Origin: Streptosporangiales bacterium
Lineage (GTDB): Bacteria; Actinomycetota; Actinomycetes; Streptosporangiales; WHST01
Assembly: GCA_009379955.1 (NCBI GenBank)
Contig: WHST01000001.1
Span: 25,700-89,699, forward strand
Reading direction: 5' to 3'
DNA length: 64,000 bases
Shown here: positions 56,821 to 64,000 of the stretch, piece by piece
How the letters are laid out: each line of letters starts with the position of its first letter
How positions within the stretch are numbered: the first letter of the stretch is position 1
Program-made: the position numbers and the translations under genes
Notes under the pieces: generated by a model
Seen by the model: the letters and a program-made list of their open reading frames with translations, nothing else
Told to the model about the DNA's origin: nothing
The model's database searches: none

Positions 56821-57948
56821 CTAGGTGAACGCCGAGACGCCGAGCAGCTCGCGGCCGATGATGAGCTGCTGGATCTGGCTGGTGCCGTCGGGGAAGGTGA
56901 GCATGCGCGCGTCGCGCAGCCACTCGTCGAACGGCAGCTCGCGGCTGACGCCGTAGCTGCCGGCGACCTGCTGCGCCTTGAGGATCGCCTGGATCGCGGT
57001 CTCGGTGGCGAACAGCTTGGCCATCGACGACGAGAGCACGGCGGGCCGGCCGGCGTCGAGGTCGGCGAGCGCCCGGCGGCAGAGCAGCCGCGCGGCCTCG
57101 ACGGACGTGGCCGCGTCGGCGATGAGCGCCTGGACGAGCTGGAAGCGGGCGATCGCCCGGCCGAACTGCTCGCGGGTGCGGGCGTACGCGATCGCGTAGT
57201 CGACCGCGGACCTGGCGAGGGCGCATGCGAGGAGACCCATCGAGACGCGGTTGAGCGTCCACGAGTCCGTCATCTTCGTGCTGGTCGACGCGCTGGTGAG
57301 GACGTGGTTCGCCGGGACCGTCGCGTCGACGGTGACCGAGCAGAGGTGGCCGCGCGTCAGCCCGCTCATCGGCAGGTCGGCGGCGGTCACCGGCGTCGCG
57401 CGGGTGTCGACGAGGACCCGCGCGGTGGAGTCGGACCCGGCGTCCCTGGCCAGCACCACGAGCAGGTCGGCGACCGTGCCGTTGGTCGTCCACAGCTTGC
57501 CGGCCCGCAGCCGGCAGCCGTCGCCGCTCCGCTCGATCGTGGCCGTGACCGCGTTCGACGCGGAGCCGACGTCGGGCTCGCTGATGGCCGATCCGGCGAC
57601 GAGGTCGCCGGCGAGCAGCCCGGGCAGGTAGGCCTCGCGCACGGCGTCGTCGGCGCCGGCCACGAGCCGGAAGATCGTCGCCTCCTGGGCGATGCACGCG
57701 ACGCCGAGGAACGCCGGCAGCGCCTCGGTGACGAGGCCACTCAGCACGTGCGTCAGGCCGCTGCCGCCCCACCGCTCGGGCACGCGGACGCCGAAATACC
57801 CGGTCGTGGCGACGTCGCGCAGGCAGGCGACGAGCACGTCCTTCGACACGGGCTCGGGCGGGAGGCCGTCGAGACGGGGCGCGATCCGTCGCCTGACCAT
57901 GTCGGTGACCGACTCTGCCAGGAGGCGTGCGGTCTCGTCGGTCTCCAT
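56821..57948 (-). CDS. Acyl-CoA dehydrogenase family protein
   Basis: 375 aa ACAD fold (SAISEPDVGS, LWTTNG). Divergent from the 54889 paralogue. Confidence 0.8.
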   Translation of the reverse strand: METDETARLLAESVTDMVRRRIAPRLDGLPPEPVSKDVLVACLRDVATTGYFGVRVPERWGGSGLTHVLSGLVTEALPAFLGVACIAQEATIFRLVAGADDAVREAYLPGLLAGDLVAGSAISEPDVGSASNAVTATIERSGDGCRLRAGKLWTTNGTVADLLVVLARDAGSDSTARVLVDTRATPVTAADLPMSGLTRGHLCSVTVDATVPANHVLTSASTSTKMTDSWTLNRVSMGLLACALARSAVDYAIAYARTREQFGRAIARFQLVQALIADAATSVEAARLLCRRALADLDAGRPAVLSSSMAKLFATETAIQAILKAQQVAGSYGVSRELPFDEWLRDARMLTFPDGTSQIQQLIIGRELLGVSAFT

Positions 57949-57954
57949 CGCCGG

Positions 57955-59001
57955 TCACGCCTCCGTTCGCGGCTCGGCGCCGGACGCGAGGGCGGCGTTG
58001 ACCGCGGGCATGACCTCGGTCGCGAGCAGCTCGAGGGAGTCGAGGATCCTGCGGTGCTCCATGCCGAGCCACTGGGTCCTGGCGAGCAGCAGGTTGACGT
58101 CCGACGCGGTCACGAACGCCGTGAGCTGCTCGGCGACCGACTGCGGGTCGCCGACGACGGCGCGTTCGGCCGCCTGCGCGTAGTCGACCGTGCCCTTGTG
58201 CTGCCGCAGCACGTCGGAGAACAGGCCCCAGTCGTCGAACATCGCGTAGCTGGACGTGAGGTACGGCCCGACCTCACGTACGGCCTCCTCGTGCGTACGG
58301 CCGACGTAGATGTTGCGCAGGCCCGGCCGGGTCGCGGGCAGCGGCCGGCCGCCGTCGCGGAGGAAGGACCGGTATCGCTCCGCCTGCTTCACCACACCCT
58401 CGTTCGGCAGGTGCGAGGTCGCGATCCACGCGTCGCCGATCCGCGCGGCCCTGCGCAGCGCCGGCTCCGAGCTTGCGCCGATCCAGATCGGCGGGCCGCC
58501 CGGCTGCACAGGGCGGAGGCTGAGCGTGACGTCGTCGAACGCGTACCTGTGACCGGCGTGGCTCACCGGCCCCTCGGACCCCCAGAGCAGGCGCAGGATC
58601 TCGACCGCCTCGTCGACGGCGGCACCCCGCCTGGCCAGCGGGACCGAGAGCGAGGCGAACTCCCCGGCGTTCCACCCCGCGCTGAGGCCGAGCGCGAACC
58701 GGCCGCCGGTGAGGCCGTCGAGGAACGCGGCCTGCTCGGCGAGCAGGACGGGGTTGTGCAGGGGCGCGGCGAGCACGCCGGTGCCGAACAGCATGCCCTC
58801 GCCGTCTCCGCAGATGCGGCAGAGCAGCGGGACCGGCGGCAGCCACACCGACTCGGCGCGGGACAGGTGCTCGCCGACGACGACTGCGGACAGCCCGAGG
58901 TCGCGGCAGTGCCGGACCGTCTCGCGTTGCTCCTCGACGGCGCGGTGCACGTCGACGCCGGGTTCGTACTCCGGGTTGAGGAAGTAGCCGAGCTCGACCA
59001 T
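57955..59001 (-). CDS. LLM-class (luciferase-like) flavin/F420-dependent oxidoreductase
   Basis: 348 aa with GRFALGLSAGWN and PIWIGASS. ATG 59001 shares one base with the upstream stop (TGATG). Confidence 0.8.
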   Translation of the reverse strand: MVELGYFLNPEYEPGVDVHRAVEEQRETVRHCRDLGLSAVVVGEHLSRAESVWLPPVPLLCRICGDGEGMLFGTGVLAAPLHNPVLLAEQAAFLDGLTGGRFALGLSAGWNAGEFASLSVPLARRGAAVDEAVEILRLLWGSEGPVSHAGHRYAFDDVTLSLRPVQPGGPPIWIGASSEPALRRAARIGDAWIATSHLPNEGVVKQAERYRSFLRDGGRPLPATRPGLRNIYVGRTHEEAVREVGPYLTSSYAMFDDWGLFSDVLRQHKGTVDYAQAAERAVVGDPQSVAEQLTAFVTASDVNLLLARTQWLGMEHRRILDSLELLATEVMPAVNAALASGAEPRTEA

Positions 59002-59780
59002 CAGCGGCCCTGCCACCGGGGCTCCCGCTTCTCGACGTACGCGTTGACGCCCTCGACGCGGTCCTCGGAGGTGTACGGGTTCGGGCCGACGTTGAGGCGC
59101 AGTCCGGCCGACACCGGCAGGCCCCAGGACTTCGTGCTCATCTCGGCGTACCTGCGCAGGCTGAGCGGCGCGTTGCGCGCGATCGAGGTGGCGAGCTCCA
59201 TCGCCGCGTCGAGCAGGCGGTCCTTCGGGTGCACGGCGTTGAGCAGGCCCCAGCGCAACGCCTCGTCGCACTCCATCCGGCGACCGGTGTAGAGCAGCTC
59301 GAGTGCGACCGCGCGTGGCAGCAGCTGGGGGAGCACCACGCTGGCGAAGTTCGCGCCCATGCCGCGCCTGACCTCCGACAGCTGGAGGAACGCGTGGTCG
59401 GCGGCGACCCGCAGGTCACAGGCGAGGGCCAGCTCGAACCCGCCGCCGACCGCGGCGCCGTTGAGCGCCGCGATCACCGGCTTGTAGGTCTCGAGGACCG
59501 TCTCGTGCAGGTTGCGCTCGGCCGCGACCATGGGCTGGCTGATGCCGGCGTGCTGCTTGGCCCTGTCGTCGAGCTCCCGCAGGTCGCGTCCCGCGCAGAA
59601 CGCGCGGTCGCCCGACGCGGTCAGCAGCACCACCGACACGGCGGGGTCGAGGTTCGCCTCGGCGAAGATCTCGACGAGCAGGGCGGTCGCCTCGTCGTCG
59701 AGCGCGTTGCGTCGCTCGGGCCGGTCGATCGTGACCACGCGGACCGCGTCCACGGTCTCCACCTGGACGGGAGTAGCCAT
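59001..59780 (-). CDS. Enoyl-CoA hydratase/isomerase (crotonase) family protein
   Basis: IDRPERRNAL, FCAGRDL and GGGFELALACD. ATG 59780 with GGAGGTG 5 nt upstream; the ORF-track GTG at 59786 lies inside that RBS. Confidence 0.85.
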   Translation of the reverse strand: MATPVQVETVDAVRVVTIDRPERRNALDDEATALLVEIFAEANLDPAVSVVLLTASGDRAFCAGRDLRELDDRAKQHAGISQPMVAAERNLHETVLETYKPVIAALNGAAVGGGFELALACDLRVAADHAFLQLSEVRRGMGANFASVVLPQLLPRAVALELLYTGRRMECDEALRWGLLNAVHPKDRLLDAAMELATSIARNAPLSLRRYAEMSTKSWGLPVSAGLRLNVGPNPYTSEDRVEGVNAYVEKREPRWQGR

Positions 59781-59794
59781 CCGCACCTCCGAAT

Positions 59795-59808
59795 ATCTGA
59801 TATCAGAT
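59795..59808. promoter_or_regulatory. Perfect 14-bp AT-rich palindrome (candidate operator) at the head of the acyl-CoA operon
   Basis: ATCTGATATCAGAT is its own reverse complement. It lies 15 nt upstream of the crotonase ATG, inside the only AT-rich patch of this 77-nt gap. Confidence 0.5.
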
Positions 59809-59863
59809 CAGAGCACTAGGCCCGTGCGGGCGTCAAGGAGGTGTTCGTCAGGTGGGACGCGGG

Positions 59864-60529
59864 CTACCAGCCGCGGGCACGCCACTCGCCGAGATGCGGG
59901 CGCTCGGCGCCGAGCGTGGTGTCCTTGCCATGGCCCGGGTAGACCCACGTGTCGTCGGGCAACGCGCCGAAGACCTTCCGCTCGAGGTCGTTCATCAGCG
60001 ACGTGAAGGCTGCCGGCGTCGTGGTCCTCCCCGGCCCGCCGGGGAACAGCGAGTCACCGGTGAACAGGTGCGGGTGACCGTGCGGGTCGTCGTACAGCAG
60101 CGCGACGCTGCCCGGCGTGTGGCCGACGAGGTGGATGACCCGCAGGCGCTGCTCGCCGAACGCGACCTGGTCGCCGTCGGCGAGCTCCTGGTCCGGCGTG
60201 ACGGGCACGGCGTCGCTGTCGTCGCGACCGGCCGCCGTCCACGGGGTCTTCTCCCGGTCGAGCGCCTCGAGCGCGCGGTGGTGGTCCCAGTGCTGGTGCG
60301 TCGTCACGATGACGTCGAGACGCCCGTCGGCCGACCCCTCCTCGACGAAGGCGGACAGCCGCTTCGGGTTGTCGGCCGCGTCGACGAGCAGCTGGGCACC
60401 CGTGGCACGGTCGGTGAGCAGGTACGCGTTGTTGTCCATCGTGCCGACGCTCGTCTTGCGGATGACGATGTCGGTCAGCTCACGCACGTCCGACGGTCCT
60501 TCGGGCTCCACGTCACCGGTGTACGTCAT
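59864..60529 (-). CDS. MBL-fold metallo-hydrolase
   Basis: 221 aa with the THQHWDH (HxHxDH) motif. Glyoxalase II-like size. Confidence 0.85.
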   Translation of the reverse strand: MTYTGDVEPEGPSDVRELTDIVIRKTSVGTMDNNAYLLTDRATGAQLLVDAADNPKRLSAFVEEGSADGRLDVIVTTHQHWDHHRALEALDREKTPWTAAGRDDSDAVPVTPDQELADGDQVAFGEQRLRVIHLVGHTPGSVALLYDDPHGHPHLFTGDSLFPGGPGRTTTPAAFTSLMNDLERKVFGALPDDTWVYPGHGKDTTLGAERPHLGEWRARGW

Positions 60530-60538
60530 CGTCCGACA

Positions 60539-61465
60539 CTAGTCGATCGCCTTGCACAGGAACCACTCGACGATGGCGTTGAAGTCCCGCGGCTGGTCGA
60601 GCCAGAGGAAGTGGTTCGCGTGGTCGAAGACGTGGAACTGCGCGCCGGGGATCTTCTTGTACAGCTCGTAACCGCGGTCCACGCCCTTGTTGGACTGCTT
60701 GCCCCACAGCACGAGGGTCGGGACGCTCAGCTTCTGGATCTCCTCGCTGATGTGGACACCGTTGACGGTGTACATCTCGTGCTTCTCGACCCAGGCCTGG
60801 GTGGTGTCGGCCCAGAACTCCCTCGCCCGCGTCAGGTGGATGTCGCTCCATCGCTTGGCGAGCTCGACGAGACGGTCGAGGAACTCGTCGGTGAGGGCGG
60901 CCTCGTCGTAGACGAACGCAAGCTCGTACTCGCGGATCTGCTCCTTCGTGCGGAACTCCTGCTTCGGCACCATCGTGCCGGCTTCGAAGAGGTCGTCGAA
61001 GTAGGGCAGATGGCGGGCTGGTGGCGCCGCCGTGCTGCCGCTGTCGATCAGGACGAGCCTCGACACGAGGTCCGGTCGTACCAGGCTGACGTAGGTGGCG
61101 ATCCAGCCACCCTCGGACTGGCCGACGAGGTGGACGGGCCCCACGTCGATCGTCTCGAGGAATCCGATGACGTGCTCGGCCCTGACTCGCGTGTGCTTCA
61201 GATCCTTGGCCGCTCGCGGCGCGTCGGTGTGCCCGAAGCCGATCTCGTCGACGGCGAAGACGTGGAAGCGCTCGCTCAGCGGGATGATCGTGGGATACCA
61301 GCGGTCGACGCCCATGCCGAAGTTCGACGATCCGTGCACCAGTACCAGCGGTGGGGCGTCCTGCGCTCCGGCCTCCAGGTAGTGCGTGCGGTATCCGTCG
61401 ACCGCCGTGAACCTGCTCGCGACCCTGTCGGGATGACTGTAGATCGTTTCGACGCCCTGAACCAT
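60539..61465 (-). CDS. Alpha/beta-fold hydrolase (C-C / ester hydrolase-like)
   Basis: 308 aa with HG oxyanion region LVLVHGS, nucleophile elbow GQSEGG and C-terminal HVFDHANHF. Confidence 0.8.
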   Translation of the reverse strand: MVQGVETIYSHPDRVASRFTAVDGYRTHYLEAGAQDAPPLVLVHGSSNFGMGVDRWYPTIIPLSERFHVFAVDEIGFGHTDAPRAAKDLKHTRVRAEHVIGFLETIDVGPVHLVGQSEGGWIATYVSLVRPDLVSRLVLIDSGSTAAPPARHLPYFDDLFEAGTMVPKQEFRTKEQIREYELAFVYDEAALTDEFLDRLVELAKRWSDIHLTRAREFWADTTQAWVEKHEMYTVNGVHISEEIQKLSVPTLVLWGKQSNKGVDRGYELYKKIPGAQFHVFDHANHFLWLDQPRDFNAIVEWFLCKAID

Positions 61466-61482
61466 GGCACTACCACCGTTCT

Positions 61483-62574
61483 CTAGGTGCTGGGAAATGC
61501 CGTCAATGACTCGTGGGGGAACTCGACGAAGACCGGTGAGTCCGTCGCCGGGATGTCGTCACCGGCCGAGGTTCGGCGGACCCGGAGCGAGTGGTCGCCC
61601 GCGACCATCCGGTAGACGATGTCGCCGCCCATGAACATGCGCTCGAGTACGGTCGCCTCGAATCGGTTGGGTCCGGGTGCATCCGACCATCGCACCGCTT
61701 CCAGCCGGATGCCGAGAACGACGGCAGCCTGCGGGTCCACACCTGGGTCGCGCCTGGCGGTGAACGTTCCCAGCGGCGTCTCGACCTCGCACGACCGGTC
61801 GTCGCAGCTGCGGACCTTGCCGTCGATCCGGTTCAGCTCACCGAGGAAACCCGCGACGAAGAGGTCTGCCGGCTCCCGGTACAGGTCCGACGGCGTGCCC
61901 TGTTGCAGGACCCGGCCCGCGTTCATCACGCAGGCGACGTCGGCCATCACCATGGCGTCCGCCTGGTCGTGGGTGACGTAGACCGCGGTGATGCCGAGGC
62001 GCCTGGTGAGACTCTTGATCTCGATCCGCAGCTCGGCCCGCAGTTGCACGTCGAGGTTCGACAGCGGCTCGTCCATCAGGAGCACCGCAGGTTCGAGTGC
62101 GAGCGCGCGGGCGAGCGCCACCCGCTGTTGCTGACCGCCGGAGAGCGCCTGCACCGGGCGCCGTGCCATCGGCGACAGGTGGAGCAGGTCGAGCACGCCC
62201 TTCACCCGATCGGCGACCTGGTCCTTCGGGACGCCGCGGGCGCCGTGCCGCAGCGGCAGCGAGACGTTCTTGGTCACGTCCATCGTGGGCCACAGGGCGT
62301 ACGACTGGAAGACCATGCCGATCGGCCGGCGCTCAGCGGGGACGAACGTGTGGTCGTCGCTGGACATCACCGTCCAGCCGTCGACGAGGATCGTTCCTCT
62401 GTCCGGCGTCTCCAGGCCGGCCAGGCACCTGAGCATCGTGGTCTTGCCCGAGCCCGATGGTCCGAGCAGGACGTAGAACTGGCCGGAGTCGACGTCGATG
62501 GTCACCTCGTCGAGCGCGAGCGTGTCGTCGCCCTTGGTTCGGTAGGTCTTGCTGAGACCGCGCGCACTGATCAC
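61483..62574 (-). CDS. ABC transporter ATP-binding protein (PotA/FbpC/MalK type with C-terminal TOBE-like domain)
   Basis: [27 protein letters not shown] 62574 overlaps the permease stop (GTGA). The 790-aa ORF-track entry is a run-on. Confidence 0.88.
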   Translation of the reverse strand: MISARGLSKTYRTKGDDTLALDEVTIDVDSGQFYVLLGPSGSGKTTMLRCLAGLETPDRGTILVDGWTVMSSDDHTFVPAERRPIGMVFQSYALWPTMDVTKNVSLPLRHGARGVPKDQVADRVKGVLDLLHLSPMARRPVQALSGGQQQRVALARALALEPAVLLMDEPLSNLDVQLRAELRIEIKSLTRRLGITAVYVTHDQADAMVMADVACVMNAGRVLQQGTPSDLYREPADLFVAGFLGELNRIDGKVRSCDDRSCEVETPLGTFTARRDPGVDPQAAVVLGIRLEAVRWSDAPGPNRFEATVLERMFMGGDIVYRMVAGDHSLRVRRTSAGDDIPATDSPVFVEFPHESLTAFPST

Positions 62575-64000
62575 CCTGCCAACTCCCCTCCGCCGCCGAC
62601 CTCGCCGGAACGCTTGGCTCGTCGGCGGATGACCAGTTGGCCCAACCCGACGAGGAGCAGGATCGTGACGAGCAGCAGGACACCGAGTGCCGCCGCCACG
62701 CCGGTCGATCCCGCCACGTCGAAGCCGAAGATCGACGTCGCGATCACCTGGGTGTCGTCCTTCATCAGGAGGACCGGAATGCTGAGCTCGCGCAGTGCCA
62801 GGAGCGCGATCCAGTACCAGGAGAACCCGATGGCGGGAAGGACCAGGGGGACGACGATCGAGACGAAGGACCGCCCGAGGCTGAGGCCGGACGTCGCCGC
62901 GGACTCCTCGAGCTCCTTCCCGATCTGGAGCATCGCGCTGTTGAGCGACCGGCTCGCCCAGGTGATGTACCTGGCGCCCATCGCGATGACGACGAGCCAG
63001 ATGCTCCCGTAGATGGGCAACCACCGGTAGACGGCAAGGCCCGCATAGAGGAACGCGAGGGCACCGACGATCGCCGGGGTCCCGATCGCCGCCATGATCA
63101 GGAGGTCGATCACGCGCCGCCCCGGCTTGCGTGTCCGCATGACGTACCACGAGGTGCAGAGCGCGAGGAGGACCGACACCGTGGGAACGCTGATCACGAG
63201 GGTGACCGTCGTCTGCAGGAGCGCCGGCAGTTCCTGGATCGCGACGCGGTAGGAGTCGAGGTTCATCGCGGCCAGTGCGGCGCGCGACGGTGCCTGGAGG
63301 TACGGCAGCAGAGAGGTCCACGCCAGGCTGAGGATCGGTGCGACCAGGCTCACCGTCGCCAGGACGGCCAGGCAGGTCCACGCCACGGCCGACTGGCGGC
63401 GGGACAGCGAGATCCGGTGCTGCGCGCCCCGCTTGCCGGCGAGCACGGCGTACCGCTCCCCGCTCCCGATCAGCTTGAAGTACACGAACACGAGGATCAC
63501 GGCGACGAGAGTGAAGATCAGTCCGACGGCTGAGGCGGCGCCGTACTCGGGGACGCTGTTCGCCGGGTTGAGCAACTCGTAGATCCAGGTGGAGAAGACG
63601 AGGATCCCCCGGGGAAGTCCCAGCAATGCGGCGTAGTCGAACATCTCCATGGACACCACGAAGTAGTAGATGGTCGTCCCGAGGATGGCCGGTGCGACGA
63701 CGGGGAGCACCACCTTCCGCAGGGTTGCGCCCTGTGACAGACCACTGGTGACCGCCGCCTCCTCGAGCGCGGAGTCGATGGCGCGGAAGGTGGGCGCCAT
63801 CATGAAGAACGCGGCTCCGGCAAGGCTGATCCCTTGGAGCAGCGCGATCCACCACATGCTGTAGATGTTGACCGGGCCGGACTCCCAGGCGTAGAGGCCG
63901 CGCAGGGTGAGGTTGATGACGCCGTTGGTGGGATTGAGCATGAACTGGTACGCCAACGCGACGAGAAAGCCCGGCACAGCCACGTTGGCGGTGAACAGCA
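62571..64000 (-). CDS. ABC transporter permease, duplicated (two-domain FbpB/PotBC-like); 5' end outside window
   Basis: Two EAA-loop regions (ALEEAAVTSGLSQGATLRKVVLP and ELEESAATSGLSLGRSFVSIVVP). The frame is open to the window edge. Confidence 0.8.
   Translation of the reverse strand, partial: LFTANVAVPGFLVALAYQFMLNPTNGVINLTLRGLYAWESGPVNIYSMWWIALLQGISLAGAAFFMMAPTFRAIDSALEEAAVTSGLSQGATLRKVVLPVVAPAILGTTIYYFVVSMEMFDYAALLGLPRGILVFSTWIYELLNPANSVPEYGAASAVGLIFTLVAVILVFVYFKLIGSGERYAVLAGKRGAQHRISLSRRQSAVAWTCLAVLATVSLVAPILSLAWTSLLPYLQAPSRAALAAMNLDSYRVAIQELPALLQTTVTLVISVPTVSVLLALCTSWYVMRTRKPGRRVIDLLIMAAIGTPAIVGALAFLYAGLAVYRWLPIYGSIWLVVIAMGARYITWASRSLNSAMLQIGKELEESAATSGLSLGRSFVSIVVPLVLPAIGFSWYWIALLALRELSIPVLLMKDDTQVIATSIFGFDVAGSTGVAAALGVLLLVTILLLVGLGQLVIRRRAKRSGEVGGGGELAG

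Noticed and set aside
60539-61465. Lower GC in the alpha/beta hydrolase gene (and in the SBP genes at 33078-34073, 51654-52469 and 17957-19084) as a sign of horizontal transfer
   Set aside because: The codons still end mostly in G or C. The drop in GC is explained by Lys/Glu/Phe/Tyr/Asp-rich amino-acid composition, which is typical of secreted binding proteins, not by foreign codon usage.
1-64000. Phage-defence, toxin-antitoxin, CRISPR, retron/DGR, integrative-element or biosynthetic-gene-cluster signatures
   Set aside because: The translations show no nuclease-helicase-ATPase defence architectures, Cas proteins, repeat-spacer arrays, reverse transcriptases, recombinases, tRNA attachment sites, or PKS/NRPS/RiPP enzymes. 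Essentially every ORF has an ordinary metabolic, transport, regulatory or housekeeping assignment.

Overview
High-GC (roughly 70%) actinobacterial chromosomal segment. It is densely coding: about 58 CDS, no rRNA or tRNA, and no transposase, integrase, CRISPR, toxin-antitoxin or recognisable phage-defence genes. The backbone is the conserved actinobacterial polA / rpsA / coaE / uvrB neighbourhood, but rpsA and coaE are separated here by about 35 kb of accessory metabolism. That block holds a TauE exporter, a NUDIX-NYN fusion, LysR plus pntAA-AB-B transhydrogenase, and two larger islands. The first (12.1-26.5 kb) is an IclR-centred island with four divergent MmgE/PrpD paralogues, a TctC/TctA-B tricarboxylate-type importer, a TcuA-like flavoenzyme, an OCD/mu-crystallin protein, a family III CoA-transferase and a cyclase/amidohydrolase. 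The second (27.5-41.6 kb) is a LacI-linked sugar locus with a secreted GH172 (DUF2961) enzyme, a FucI-type isomerase, an FGGY kinase, a ribose-type ABC importer and a dehydrogenase/lactonase/enolase-dehydratase branch. Downstream of uvrB lie a yybP-ykoY (Mn2+) riboswitch-like leader in front of terC, a ferritin gene, an acyltransferase, a GcdH-like acyl-CoA dehydrogenase and a polar amino-acid ABC importer. A long minus-strand GntR-linked acyl-CoA/LLM-oxidoreductase cluster fed by an ABC importer then runs off the window. The non-coding points I consider most notable are a roughly 55-nt hairpin repeat present at two loci (one copy carries a 32-nt tandem duplication), a RecA-NDp/PafBC-type promoter motif upstream of uvrB, and candidate operators (perfect palindromes) for the LacI and GntR loci. 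I see no clearly new defence or mobile system. The most plausible candidates for undescribed biology are the four-PrpD island and the GH172 locus, and both functional proposals are inference from gene content. All protein-family calls come from reading motifs in the supplied translations, not from database searches.
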